64,000 nt of DNA from Saccostrea cucullata. Its lineage: Eukaryota. Below, piece after piece: positions 14,118 to 27,555 of the stretch. The position numbers were made by a program, and so were the translations under genes. Each line of letters starts with the position of its first letter. Positions within the stretch are counted from its first letter, which is position 1. The DNA lies in NCBI RefSeq assembly GCF_032062105.1, contig NW_026939235.1, forward strand, positions 1 through 64,000. The letters are read 5' to 3'. Below the pieces are notes generated by a model. It was not told the DNA's origin and made no database searches. It worked only from the letters and a program-made list of their open reading frames with translations.

Positions 14118-15205
14118 CGAGGGTTGTCCCAAAAAGTCGTAGACAATGTGTATAATTTTTTAAATACGCAACCAATACTTACCAAATTTTGCAAAGACAT
14201 TATATAGTCAATGTTCTTTAAAATTGTGAATTTTATATACATATCTTTCATATTAATAATATTAGGACGATTTATATGAAGGCTGATAAGGCCTGTCGGC
14301 GCACGGACAAAATTCGGAATAATTTACGCATATAATTACTACATTTGCTTTCATTTCTTTAGTACTATGTAATACATTGAACTCAAATTTAAATCACTGA
14401 CACCAAAATGAAAATCTAAATATGGTGTCAAAATTTCATAGAAATTTCGTTAGAAACAGAAGCTTTGGTGTCATGATTTTCAAAGTATCGTTGAAATTGA
14501 GTATGATGAAAATGACGTCGTCAAACGCGTAGTCGGCGCACGGAGATGTAATAAATTGTATTGGATATGGTTAATATACATCAGAGACGGGGAAAAGGGT
14601 ACAGAAGTGACATTACACACCAGATTTTGATAAAGAAATTATTTTTAAATTCCACGATATTCAATGAGAGTTTTTCTTCTGTACCGAAAATAGTTAATTA
14701 CGGCATGTAATAAGTAGAGTACTGTTTGATAAACGCAGACAATTGGGAACAATCTGGACCGCGAACGACGTCAAACAATGTGTATTCTCTGCTGCCTACA
14801 ATTTAAGACGATCTTTCGACTAAATTTCGACTGAAATTTGAACCTTCTTTAAAAAAAAACAAATATAAAAAACAAACGGACATTAGTGAATTTAAACATG
14901 TCCCTTAATCAAAAATGGTCTATCACTTAAAAAAAAATTATTGAATGTTAATACCCGCGAGAGAAGCAGACAAATAGATCATGACGTTATAAGAGACGTA
15001 ATTTACGCTTGCTTTCGTGCGCCGGTGTACACTTATATTCTTTCTTTATTTTTACATAATTCTCTTATTAGATGTGATATCATCATGAAACTTGAAGTGC
15101 ATGATCATAAAATGTTACTCTTTGCTATGACAAGGAAAGAAATTTAATAAAGCAAAGAGAAAGAAAGCTGTTATCCTTGTCTACGACTTTTTGGGACAAC
15201 CCTCG
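14118..15205. mobile_element. Tc1/mariner-type MITE
   Basis: Perfect 29-bp TIR CGAGGGTTGTCCCAAAAAGTCGTAGACAA, with TA on both sides. No transposase ORF. Confidence 0.9.
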
Positions 15206-16122
15206 TATATTAGAGGGAGAAACTTGCATGCATCTTGTTTTTCCAAAAACAGTAAAATTTAGTTCATGCTTCAAATATTTCTCTTTAATACACATAGACC
15301 TATGACGTATTTGCAAAAAAAGTATCGATATGCGATGTTATTCCAATGCACAATATATATTCCTTTCACGCTTTGATACACAATTTACTCACGAATTAAA
15401 CAATTATTAGAAAAAATGACTAGAAATTTGAGGAAAATACAAGTTGAATACCATATAAACGGGTTGAACTCGTCACAATGTTCATAAGACCCTGTTAGAA
15501 GGAGTTAGTCTTAACAAGATACATAAGGGCCGATTCACTACTGAGTATAAGCATATGATATATTTATTCAATACAATCCAAGAATAATATAGTATTCTTT
15601 GCACATAGTTTACTGTACAAACACCTTTGAGAAGATTTCAGATTAAGACTCCGAGTAAATGATTATAAGAAACATGTTTAAGTCTTTCTCTGTATATTGT
15701 TAATTAATGTTTTAGCCTCAGGGGAATATGTGTTTAGAAAATATTTAATTGAAACACGAAAGAGAATTATTATTATTATTTTTTTTTTGATTTTAAGTAT
15801 TTCAATGCTTCTTCATCTCAAGCTATTTTAGCAATAAATTTAAACCCTATTGGTGCACTTTTGAACAAGTTCGTGTTTAATGCTAAAAAAGGAACATTTT
15901 GATATAGTTTTCACAGCATGACGTATATTACGGAAAACCAAAATATTACATAACCCTCTTTCCAATAGGAAATGATAACAGTAAGCGTAGGATTATAATG
16001 TATATATACATGTAGGTCTTGTTAACTTTCATAACATTGATCGGGAGCCAATATTTACAAATCAGTCTTATGTAGGAAAATAAGAAACGGGTATGTGAAA
16101 TTAAAATTCATTTTATCATAAA

Positions 16123-17394
16123 ATGTGTAGGTTTTTTAGAAGGTGTATGTTTAAAATAAGTCAGTACACATTTACTATAAACAATCTGTATTGGACATGT
16201 CATTATATTGTTTTTATAACACAAACAGATTTTCCAGAAGAAAGTACATTCTATAAAACAGGAGAAATGGGCAGCTCATCAATTCATCTCAGATCGAATG
16301 TATCAGGATTCGCCGAAGAGAAAGCAGCAAAAGAAAACCATACAGTTTGGTATCCATCGTCAACAGAACAAACTCTTCAAAAACTTTGGAACGAAACGAG
16401 CAAATTTCCTGTTGATTACAGCTGTCCTAACATGTCCGGTGCTGTTTCGTTCAAATTCTATTTGTTCAGTTCCGAAAAAAGTAATCTTACCTCGGATGGA
16501 TTTGATAGATGTATCGTGGTACTAGGATTAATAATTGGGTTTCTAGGTTTCGTTGGAAATTCTGCCACCATCTTCAAAATTTTGTGGGATAAAAAGTTCC
16601 ATACTCCTACATTCATCGCTTTAGCTTGCCTTGCAGTCCCAGACCTTCTAAATATCATCAATGTTTGCCTTAGTAGATTTTCCAACCTTCCTTTGTACAT
16701 CAGAAATAATTATATCTCGCCCGAATGTGTTTCAGCGTTCATTATAGTGTATTTCCTGTATGAAACGATTTATACTAGCTCAAGTGCACACATCGTGTTC
16801 CTTTGTTTGATAAGATATTTATTGACAGTCCATCCTCTAAAGGCCAAAATACGACTAACAAGGATAATGGTTATGAGATGCTCTATCATGATATGGATTT
16901 TTTGTTCCCTGTTTTCAGCATCTATATCAATAATAATATCAGGACATGGTAAAATTTCGACAGATGAGGGAAAAATTCGTTCAATTGCAAGCTTTTCTAC
17001 AAGAATTGCAGTCTCAGGGCTGCTGTCTATATGTGCCATCGTTACCATACATATTTTGAAAATGAAAGCCCTTAAACATTCCTCTACTACCAAAGGCATC
17101 AATAGAAAAATGCATATTATAATATCCATTATATTATTAATTTTCACGTGCTTTCAAATTTTCCGAATAACATGTTTTATATCTGGATTATCTAAATCAT
17201 TTTCTTTCGAACACAGTATGTTTTCAGAAAACCATTATCCATACGTACATGACATTGTTTTCCTCCTTGTTCTCCTAAACTTCGCCTGTAATCCTTATTT
17301 ACTCTTTTTTGCTTCGATGATCGTTTCATGCAGAAAACGTTTCCATCCTACGAAGTCAACGAATGTTCGAATAAATGAAAGACATTTCTTTTAG
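16123..17394 (+). CDS. Rhodopsin-family (class A) GPCR; true start uncertain (ATG 16267 or spliced at the acceptor near 16228)
   Basis: Seven hydrophobic segments: TM1 GN, TM2 LACLAVPDLL, TM3 LCLIRYLLTVHPL (DRY position reads IRY), TM4 W, TM7 NFACNPYLLF. N-glycosylation sequons in the N-terminus. Confidence 0.9.
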   Translation: MCRFFRRCMFKISQYTFTINNLYWTCHYIVFITQTDFPEESTFYKTGEMGSSSIHLRSNVSGFAEEKAAKENHTVWYPSSTEQTLQKLWNETSKFPVDYSCPNMSGAVSFKFYLFSSEKSNLTSDGFDRCIVVLGLIIGFLGFVGNSATIFKILWDKKFHTPTFIALACLAVPDLLNIINVCLSRFSNLPLYIRNNYISPECVSAFIIVYFLYETIYTSSSAHIVFLCLIRYLLTVHPLKAKIRLTRIMVMRCSIMIWIFCSLFSASISIIISGHGKISTDEGKIRSIASFSTRIAVSGLLSICAIVTIHILKMKALKHSSTTKGINRKMHIIISIILLIFTCFQIFRITCFISGLSKSFSFEHSMFSENHYPYVHDIVFLLVLLNFACNPYLLFFASMIVSCRKRFHPTKSTNVRINERHFF

Positions 17395-17424
17395 ACTTCC
17401 TAACATCTGTGTAGATTTGATTCA

Positions 17425-17686
17425 ATGTTGTTTAAAGTCCTTCTAGGGAATTTTTCACTTATATGGAGACGCCACCACTTGCCGCTGAAGAGCTGTAAAT
17501 TTCTATCAAATGCTAGGCCGCATGGCTATTGAAGAGCAAGGGATCTTTTTCGTGCCAGTACCTACTGCGACACGGGACCTCCATTATACGGTCAAATCCG
17601 GTCTCCACGTCACACAGTGGGATTCGAACTTGCTACGTAAGGATCAACTTCTATATCAGACACTCTAACCACTGCGCCACGCGGGC
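17425..17686 (-). mobile_element. tRNA-derived SINE with MESC/Meta-like core
   Basis: Minus-strand head GCCCGCGTGGCGCAGTGGTTAGAG (A box) and GTTCGAATCCC (B box), then core GAGGTCCCGTGTCGCAGTAGG..GGCACGAAAAAGATCCC. Confidence 0.8.
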
Positions 17687-18147
17687 AACCCTAACATCTA
17701 ACATATGTTACGAACGTTTACTTATAACATTTTGTCAGTGAAAGTTTACCGCCAACAATAGCACTTACATAAAAAAAGCTCATACTGCAAATTTGTAAAA
17801 TAAAACACAGCAATTTGAATAAGAATCAATGTAAGTTTATAAGCAATTATATTTGTCCTTGTAAAAATGACAATTTAATTCAAGAATTATGTAACATTTC
17901 ATTTATCTAATTAGAAAGACAATCAATGTAATACAATGCAATTATTTTATAAGCATTTTTATGATGGACATGATACCACATATTTTTTTATTGCTGCACA
18001 AACGCAAAATTCATTAATTTTGCTAGTTTATTGTGAAACAACGCTTTATTTCTATATGTTAGTTAATTGATAAGATAAGTGTGAAGTTTGTTTGTCTTTT
18101 TATATTTTTTTTTGGATCAATTACATTTGTTCAAAAGCGTAGGGCAT

Positions 18148-19047
18148 TTATTTACATATTGTAATGCTATATTTATCCAAAACGATTAAGACAACGTTTC
18201 TAAAATTAGGTTCTTGTCTTATTAATGAAACAGTTTCAAATTTGCAAACAGGATCTTGTCCATCGAAAGCGAATATAAATATAAAGCCGATTTGTACTTT
18301 CCGGACATTTGTTGACAGATTCCTAAAATCTGCCACTATATGGATCCCTTCATTATAGATGGAGACTCTAGCTGGTCTTCAAAAACAAGTGACTCCAGTT
18401 CTTGTAATGCTGATTGTGCTTTTACGTGCACTTGGTCAATCTGTGAGTAGCACAAGAACTCAAGCATGTGCAACAGAAGAATGGCTGGAATAAACGTTAT
18501 GTTAACATCTTCGTAGCTATTCAAACTATATTGCTGTTCGAGATATAATTCTTTGATATAACAGATGTCCTTTTCAAGATTTGTTTGCCCTGCTACAACC
18601 ATTTTTCTTTTGTTAATCCAGATTCGTTTCTCTAATGCGCTTGCTTCGATCTCTTTTCCTTTAAAACATTCATACATGTCCCTTACACATATCTGATATA
18701 ACTTGACCTTTATCATTTCTAAATTGGTTAAAGCTTCCAAGTATCTACAGGTCCTATAAAAATACATTGATAAAAACAACCTTTCAGAAACACTACCGAA
18801 TTTTACAACTAGGGTCAGCATATACCTGGACATTTTGTCAGCTGTATACTTTAGTTTGTTCCTTCTTTTGTTAAAGAACTGATTGTGTAATAAAAATGCA
18901 GTGCTCTGAAAAACAGTGATTACAATATTTTGTAACAGGACGACTTTATACCGAGACAGTGGTCTAATAATCAATTGCTCAAGTATTTGTAGGCTTTGTA
19001 TGCAACCGAGTAGATTATCTCTATCTAATAAAGCAATTATTCCCATT
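18148..19047 (-). pseudogene. Out-of-frame C-terminal domain of cGLR copy C
   Basis: Near-identical to the copy A C-terminal domain. A second frameshift lies at ~18337. Confidence 0.85.
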
Positions 19048-21336
19048 TCATATCAAAGTATGTTCATCTGTGCAAAGAAGTTGTCCAGGGTTATTCGGTT
19101 CATGAATCATATAACTGCTGATTGTGGAACTGTATAGTAGAGATGAATATCCTCTCTCATACAACGCATACAGTTTAATAAATAAATCATTTTGTACTTT
19201 CCCGTGTATTTTACCCAAAATCATGTTGTTTTTTGGGATGAAAAAGTTAGGACAAACTCCTTCATACACACATTTTAAAATATACCTAAAGCAAACCAAG
19301 AAACACTCTAGGAGATTTTGTGGACACCAGTCACGAATTGTATTTTGCTGAAGCACCCAGAAAACTGCTGTTTTCATGTGATATGAGCACAGTAATTTAT
19401 CCTCAGTACCTAAACCATCCTTTATAACTTCTTTTAAGAACAATTTAAGCAAGCCATACGTTAAAAACTGAGAGTGGTTCATAGAGAACACAAGTTTTTG
19501 TTCTGCAAGAGAAAAAGAGATTCTCCATTCATCGTCTTCATGATTTCCTTGTTTGTGTCCAATTGGTACGACGTGACATCCACTTTTCACTATTTCATTT
19601 ACTATTTGAGATCCCGGCCAGACGTGAGATCTGGCTATCCATGGGAAAGCCCATGGAGGCCAAATATCAGAAGCAAAACAATGAGCAGTATCATGATTCA
19701 TATCGTACATAAAACCACTGCTACATGGTCCATGTTCTGTAAAATCTGGAAATAAGCCAGAAAGTGTGATTTTTCGGAGTGCAGAACTAGATATGAAAAG
19801 TCTGTCATTGCTACTGATACATGCAAGATACACACTTTCCATATTTGTTTGTGTGATTAATACTAGCTGTGTGTACCCTGGCGGGCTATCAGAGCAGTCG
19901 GAGAGAATCAATGTGTGTTTATCTCTATTGTAATTTCGTGTCTGTTCCATGTCCCAGATAACTTTATGGTCTTTAGACCACAGCATAATATCCATGTCTG
20001 ATCCTTTAAATCTGAATCCTTCTCTACGACTTCCACTGGGCAAAAATCGGAACTGAACATCTGCTCCTTGCAATGTATCTACCATTTCGATAAGATCCAG
20101 GGCATCTCTTCTCATTGCAACCTGTTGAGGAGTCCCTAAGGTATGGCACAGTCCCTTAAACAATGATTGTGATATAAGCTTCATGCCGATGTCTCTGAAA
20201 ATGTAACATAATGAAAAATAGCATTAATATACATTATAAAGTGTTCAAAATATAGTTTGAATTGTCAGAAATATTACATTAAACATTTTTTTTTTACGAA
20301 ATCTGAACCTTAATATTTTCACTTAACCCTAACATTCGTTAAATTTTGACAACTCTCCAAGAAATTAATTATGCGGAGACTATAGGATATGAAGCACTTA
20401 AAATACGTACTCGAAAAAGAAAATACAAAAAGCTAGTTTATTTAATTTCTTTTTTGTATCACACATGTACGCTAAAAGTTTTAGAAATTATACTGCCCTC
20501 AAAATCAAAAGGGGTCTTTCTAAGGACAAAGGCAGTTATGTTTTACTTATGCAACAAAAATGCTTTCTGTGGTTGTTACGGAAACTAATGACGCAGCTAT
20601 TGCAGAAAAAATACGTAACCCGCGTAACAGATTTTATTTTTTTATATTTATATATGTATAAATAATAATTTAAAGTAGGATAAAAACAGATTGATTATTG
20701 TATAATTGTATTACGCCATATAGTATGTTTCATTGATGGAACACCCACTGGTGTTTTTGTACAGGTGATATACCTTGTGTTGTCCATGAACTGATCAACT
20801 GCAATGGTTCTCTTAATTAATAAAGGAGAAAATATTCAGTGGAATGTAAAAAAAAAATTCAAAGTGGACTTCTTTGTTAGCATTTTCTGTATTTTAAAGG
20901 GAACAAATCCGCCTTTCTCTTGCAGTTTTAAAATCACTCTATTGTTATTGTTAGGTTGCATATGAATGAACTTTAAAGAATTCTTTAGACCATTGTTTTC
21001 ATTTCAATTCAAACGTCATTGCATTATTAAATTCTAATCGGAAAATATTGGGATATTAGATATTTGATCAATTTCTACAGAAATATGAATGATATAAAAC
21101 ATTTTGTCACGGAGTAATATTTCTATAGTGAAATAATTCCACCTTTTGTAAACAAGCTCAAACAAGCTGCGCGATTTTTTTTTTCAAGTTTTCTCTTGTA
21201 AATAAGTGTAATACATGATACTCAATTATCGACAATGATAAAAAGTTTAGATTCATATTAAGATTGATAATTAACGTAAAATAAAATTAATACAACAAGA
21301 TATCACTTACTTTTTCGACATAGCGTCTGAATCCAT
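19048..21336 (-). CDS. cGLR copy C; exons 21336-21311 and 20194-19048; 390-aa product with complete NTase/Mab-21 core, truncated by frameshift (may be a pseudogene)
   Basis: Intact GSRREG..SDMD, third Asp in NHDTAH, EWRISFS, SYHMKT, CPNFFIP. Micro-exon joins in frame. An out-of-frame deletion at ~19047 ends the ORF. Confidence 0.7.
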
Positions 21337-22114
21337 AATTTTTTTCTTATTGAAAGTTACCAGTAAAATTACCAGACTCAGAGAATTAGACAAAAAATCC
21401 TACTGGGGTATTTTTAGTTTGTAGCAAACTTTAAAGGGAATTCGATACCAAGTAGGCCATAATATGATTAATCAATATTCATACGTGTTTTCCCTGGTAG
21501 AGTTAACCAAGGGTTTGTTAAATACAATTTGTTCAAAGTAACTGAATGTTAAAAAGGTGAAATTATTTCACTATAGAAATATTACTCCGTGACAATTCCT
21601 GATTAGAATTTAATAATGCAATGACGTTTGAATTGAAATGAAAACAATGGTTTAAAGAATTCTTTAAAGTTCATTCATATGCAACCTAACAATAACAATA
21701 GAGAGATTTTAAAACTGCAAGAGAAAGGCGGATTTGTTCCCTTTAAAATACAGAAAATGCTTATAAAGAAATAAACTTCCAATTTTTTTTTTACATTCCA
21801 CTGAATATTTTCTCCTTTATTAATTAAGAGAACCATTGCAGTTGATCAGTTCATGGACAACACAAGGCATATCACCTGTACAAAAACATCAGTGGGTGTT
21901 CCATCAATGAAACATACTATATGGTGTAATACAATTATACAATAATCAATCTGTTTTTATCCTACTTTAAATTATTATTTATACATATATAAATATAAAA
22001 AATAAAATCTGTTACGCGGGTTACGTATTTTTCTGCAATGGCTGCGTCATTAATTTCCGTAACAACCAAAGAAAGCATTTTTGTTGCATAAGTAAAACAT
22101 AACTGCCTTTGTCC
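20524..22114. repeat. Long inverted repeat (arms ~20524-21147 and ~21552-22114) enclosing exon 1 of copy C
   Basis: 21601-22114 is the near-exact reverse complement of 20524-21039, and 21552-21595 of 21102-21147. Confidence 0.92.
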
Positions 22115-24363
22115 ATTCTGTGCAAAGGACGATCCGGAAATTTATCGATGTTCACCTTTTCATCAAGAATGTTTTATTGGGTGAAAATTCAATGCATTAT
22201 AGGAATATGTGACCAGATTATTCAAACATATATGGATTTTGTATAGAATAAAATATAGAAAAGTACAATGTATTAGAAAGAGAGCTCAAATGTTGTTGTT
22301 GCGGTTATTGATGCATTTGTTGTTAATGTTGCTGCGGTTGTTGACAAATTCCCTACCAAGTTAAAGGTAGAATTTGTCCAATTATTTTATTTTTTCTTCC
22401 GTGTAGGGGGTGGTGTTAAGTGTTTAGCTTTGAAATGCTTTTGAAATCCCAAACTGTCTGTCTTTCCATTCGTCTGTCTGTTCTTTGTCTCTGTATACAA
22501 TTTTTAAAAATTCCACTACTTTTATAGTGTTCCTGCAATTTCAGGACTAATGGACACAAAAGTAAACTACACTCAGGTACACAAAGCTGCATATCGTTTA
22601 TTCTTTAATTAGTTGAATAATGTTGCCATGACCACATAAAATACTTTCACAAAGCCAATTTTCCCACAGTTTTTGTCTGCCTTCATTAAAATTAGGCATA
22701 CAAGTAGAGAACAGAATAAAATATATTTTTGAATATTTCTTTATTTCTTTTTTTCGATGACGGGTGTTGCCATTGTTATTAAAATTAATGTCTCTATGAA
22801 ATTGATAAAATTCTTTTCCCCTCATTATTTTGGTCTGATTTCAATTAAACCTGACGTACAACATGTACAAAAATACATTAAGATTAATAATTTTTGTGTA
22901 TCATATTTTTGATTTTAAGACAAAACTATTGATCATTTAATTAATATTACAAAATGAAAATTTGAATTCTAGTTTGCAGTTTTCATGATCATAATGAAAA
23001 CGCCTTATGCAAAATAATGACAATAAAAATTGCAGAAAATGATGCTGTGCATGAAAGAAAAATTAAAAATTAAGAATTAAAACCTTCTACTGATAATAAC
23101 AAGGCAGAAATTAATAGCAAGCGTTTTCGTGATTTTAATAAGTCTAACAATAGGATAGAAGAAGAAACAGAAGAAGCAATGCTTAAAAAATATTGAATAT
23201 AGTCTGTTCCCCATTCATTTTACCCTGTTGTTTCAGGTAGACTGAAGACATTCTCCTTCTTTTGGTCAACACTTTTATATACAAAACAATGTAAGGAACC
23301 CTTTTGTGTATACAACAATACCAATGCTGAAGCAGCACATGTCATTTCTATAAACTCTGTAACTCATAAATCGACACTTAGTTGGTCATTTTTCACACTT
23401 GAGTTACCTGTGCTTAAAACACAACATCGTAGAAGTCAACTACAAATAATTAAATTTTTAGTATTTTAATTAAAGGTATGCATAAGTTTCTATCTTATTT
23501 GATAATTTCATGTACATATTATTCTATCTATGAATTTTTCAGTATAAGCAACTTGAAAAATCAGCTGAAAGGCCTACCTACCAGTCCAAAGTCTAACTTC
23601 TGACGTAATTATAGCATTCAATATACCTTAGGATCACTATAATGTTTAAAAAAGACAACAATGATAATCCGCTTTCCGAATGTAGTTTATCTATTTATAA
23701 ACAACCATACAGAATAACCGAAAAATAAGAAAAACAATGAAGACTGTATTATTTGTCTGGAATTACCCCATGTCTAGAATTGGACGGATCTCCCGTAATA
23801 CATACTTAATTCTATGCACAATTCACGTCTTCAATATTTTGTCACATAAGGATACATGCATAACTCTTTAATATTGCCAAAAAACCTTTGGCATTTGCCA
23901 TATAAGATTTTACTGTCAATAATATCAGTACAGGGGAATACCCTTCGCATTTGTTGTATACACCTATCTGCTTTTATTGTTAGCTGTTCATGCTGATTCT
24001 CTTGCATTACCTTTGTTTACATTGTATTGCTGTTACGTGAATTCGTGTTTGTTTACATACTACATTGCCTTGTGCAACTGTTGTATGTTTGTTTGGTATC
24101 TTTTCTCTTACACAGCTTCTTTGTCGCTATACCGATTGCTCTGAAGCATACGTGTTTCTAACATAGGTGTCAACTGATTACACTGAGCAGTACCTAAGTG
24201 AGCACATTATATAGACCCCTCCCCCACGCACACACACCTAAGAGGTCACAAGATAAAACACTTGAACATGTTTTATAATTTATGTGATTTTAATATAATG
24301 TTGAAATGTTAGATTTCTTTCGTTGTTGATTTCCATTTGAGGACAGTTTTCATACTCATCAAT

Positions 24364-27300
24364 TTACTTCAAAGATTGCCGTTTTTCTTGAAGTTTTTGG
24401 ATGAAGAGATCAAGTACCTCTCTTTCTTCTAATGCTGATCTTTTCCCCAATAACATTGCCATCTCTGGTAATAATGCGAGAAATGTCTCTCCAAGTGTTG
24501 CTCCAACGGTTGTGGCGGCTCCGGCAAGTGCAGTTGCACCGGCTGCAACACCAGCTGTTGCTAGTGCTGGTACTAGTTGCGGTTGGTGCACTAACACAGT
24601 TTGGGGACTACTTGGAGGACCTTGTAAAATAAAGATCAGAAAACAGCCATTATAATTTGCTCACAATTGTGTTCTCTTAATTGTCTAAATCTTCTCAAAA
24701 TAATATTATTTCACAACAGAAATCAAATTTAACAATAAAACTTTAGCGCCTGAAATTTATTCTATCTATCATGTCTTTATATATATTTTTCATCTACAGT
24801 TTAACTATACCTTCTTTTTAAAAAAAAATTAACATCAGCATTTCTTGCAATTGGGAGAAATGAAATCCGCAAAATTTTATAATTTCAGATTTAAAAGAGT
24901 GTTGTAAATAAATGCATCTGTTATATAAAAGACGGTGGAATGTAATCTGCTTGTTAAAATCTCAATCTGACTTGATTTAAAAAAAAAAGGAAACTTACAT
25001 GGTTTTTTAACACAGGCACCGACCTCTACTGTATCAAAACAATCTTCTGCATGCGGCGTGTCACCAGAGACAACTTTGACTGGGACTCTGGTCTTAGTTT
25101 GAACACCAATGCCACATGTCACAGAGCAATCTTTTACCCATCTTGTCATTTGGCACTTTTGAGCTTGAAAAGAATTAAGAATATTATAACTCTTGTTTAT
25201 TTGACAATTTCTAAAAGTCAATTTCATGGTTTGAAACTAATTTGAGGACTTGGTTTTCTGGTTTTGTGTGACCTATTGGTACATATACATGTACGAGGGT
25301 CATTCAAAAAATACGTAGACAATGCTTCTCATCGTCATATGATTATTACAAGATTATAGATCAATACATTTTTGTAAACATAAACATTTATTTTGTCGAA
25401 GTGTTAAGTTTCATTCCATTTGATTAAATAGAACTCATGTTAGCCAAAATTTAAAGCAACATGTTTTGTTACCACGGAGCACGGTTAACCAATATTGTAA
25501 CGTCAACAACAACGCTGAGAAAGTTTGTCAAAAGTATACTCATTTTTTTTAATTTCAAACACAGTCTGTAGTGTCTTCTCCATTCAAAACACATATCCAC
25601 AACACTTAACACCTAGTTTGCTAACAATTGTACAAATATAGCTTGAATAAGAATGTTATTATTTTCATATTCTTTAAATTACTATGCAACTCTATTATTT
25701 CTGCAACATTGAAGCACACATCACGTTCATTGACGTTCCTATCTCTTTTGACAATATTTTTATATTTAACCTGTTTCTTTACAGACAATCCATCGTCCGA
25801 TTCAAACTCGCTACCACTCAAAAATTGTATTTTTAATTTAATACAAATACAAAGATTATTTTTCATACAGATCCTGGTTTAAAAGGATTTTTTAAGCTTG
25901 TAGAAGAAGTTTCCTGAATGTAAAGTCTAATTTTATTGCTACTTGCTGCTCCGTGACGTCCTCCAACGTCATGGTTTTTTGCCTTTTTCAATCAAGTCCT
26001 TATGTATTTAGAAGCTGATATCTTTTAAATGGAGCGAGATATTACATAACCTGATTTCATTTTAATTAATACAACAATACTTTATTTAAACATGTAAATT
26101 TTATTTCGTTTCAGTTCCATTTATTAGAGGTATAGCTGTAAATACTATAAAGTGAAAATTAGAAAAATACTCAATTTTGACGGCGCTCCGTGACCCCATT
26201 TTTGCTGTTCTAAATCCTTGGTAATTTTAATAAATATGAAGATACATTCCAATTTTTTTTACTCAAATTATTTGAATCTGTTGTTAAAATATTTGTACCA
26301 AATTTGGATATAATATGACGTTAAATAAAAAAGTTAGAACAAAAGTCTACGAACTTTTTGAATGACCCTCGTATGTATATATTTCCCTTGTACGAACCTA
26401 ATATTTATATACTAATATACAAGAAATATCTGAGAAATCTCCTTCTCAAGAACAACTAAGCAATGTTATGAGTCATATGTATACAGAAGCAACCTTAGGT
26501 AATGTAGAATCAAATTTTGTTCAAATAATGACCCTTAAGGGTTAGGGGCACAATAGAGGGTCAATGTTTTACACAATACTGAATTAAATTCTGTTTCTTC
26601 CTAGCTAGTATGCTCATGTGAGCAATGTGGCCCATGGGCCTCTTGTTTTGATTTTATCATATTTTTGGTTTAAATCATTCTTTCGTGTTGAATATTACAA
26701 GTTAGTTTTAAAATCAAATCCGAGTTTAAAATTTAAAAAAAATCTGTAAATATATTTAATTGAAGTTAAGATTTTGACATAAGTGAAAAAGCCGGGAAAA
26801 CGCATATCTAATAAAATTACTATAAAAACCTAGGTTAACTTTTTTGCTTAAAATGGTCCTGTAAATGTTGCACAAGCAATGTTGACCTCTCGAAAAATTC
26901 TTGATAGGGACGTTAAACAAACCAAACAATGTTCTACTCGCATATATGGAAAGAAATGTCAAAACGATAAATATGCTACACATCGTTATAAATTATTTAT
27001 TAAGTATTTTTTTTTCGGAAATATTTCAAGGCACTGAACATATCAATCATCATACTATTTAAAACTCTAGCATTTGTATTTTTGTCAGAGATATTTTGGA
27101 CTGTTTAGCCACACTGAGCGTGGTTACCTAAATCATCAACATTGAGTTTCTATTTGAAGAGTCTAAACATAATAATTATTTTAATTCATCTGATAATTTT
27201 ATAAAATCTTACATATTTTCTCATAAAAAAAAGAAATGTTTTACTGCAGTATCCGCAAGTCGAGGCACAGTTCTTTGCAGACCATACCAATCCTCTAGAA

Positions 27301-27373
27301 TTGCATTCACTCTGATTGCAGTTTACAGAGGTATCTTGACAAGATTCACCTTTACACCATCCAGTAAGTAAGG
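24364..27373 (-). CDS. Secreted ShKT + thrombospondin type-1 protein with C-terminal hydrophobic peptide ending in GKR; exons 27373-27245, 25163-24999, 24620-24364; start exon unresolved (candidate ATG 27774)
   Basis: All junctions are GT-AG, phase 1 and in frame. ShK-like CQDTSVNC..C..WSAKNCASTCGYC. TSP1 CQMTRW..CSVTCGIGVQTKTR..C..C..PC, with the last Cys formed across the splice. Tail ..EMAMLLGKRSALEE..*. Confidence 0.82.
25294..26371. mobile_element. Tc1/mariner-type MITE inside the ShK-TSP1 gene intron
   Basis: TIR CGAGGGTCATTCAAAAA..CGTAGAC at both ends, flanked by TA. Related to the 14118-15205 element. Confidence 0.88.
26430..26647 (+). mobile_element. HINE/Helentron 3' fragment
   Basis: Ends in GTGAGCAATGTGGCCCATGGGCCTCTTGTT, like the element at 264-1541. 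Confidence 0.6.
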
Positions 27374-27439
27374 CTACAATGAAAAGCAATATATCGGACT
27401 CATATGAAAACGGCATAAACATTCTGAGAAACGAAATTA

Positions 27440-27555
27440 TCATAAAAAAAGAAATGTTTTTAATGCAGTATCGGCCATTCAAGGCACAGGTCTTTGGAGA
27501 CCACACTGATCCTCTAGAATGGCATTCACTCTGATTGAAGGTTACGGAGGTATCA
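27440..27555 (-). repeat. Degenerate tandem partial duplicate of the ShK exon
   Basis: Matches 27222-27335; several Cys codons and the GT donor are altered. Confidence 0.8.

Noticed and set aside
17600-17686. tRNA gene (also tRNA-like pieces at ~2330-2381 and ~50035-50100)
   Set aside because: A/B boxes belong to SINE heads; no complete cloverleaf.
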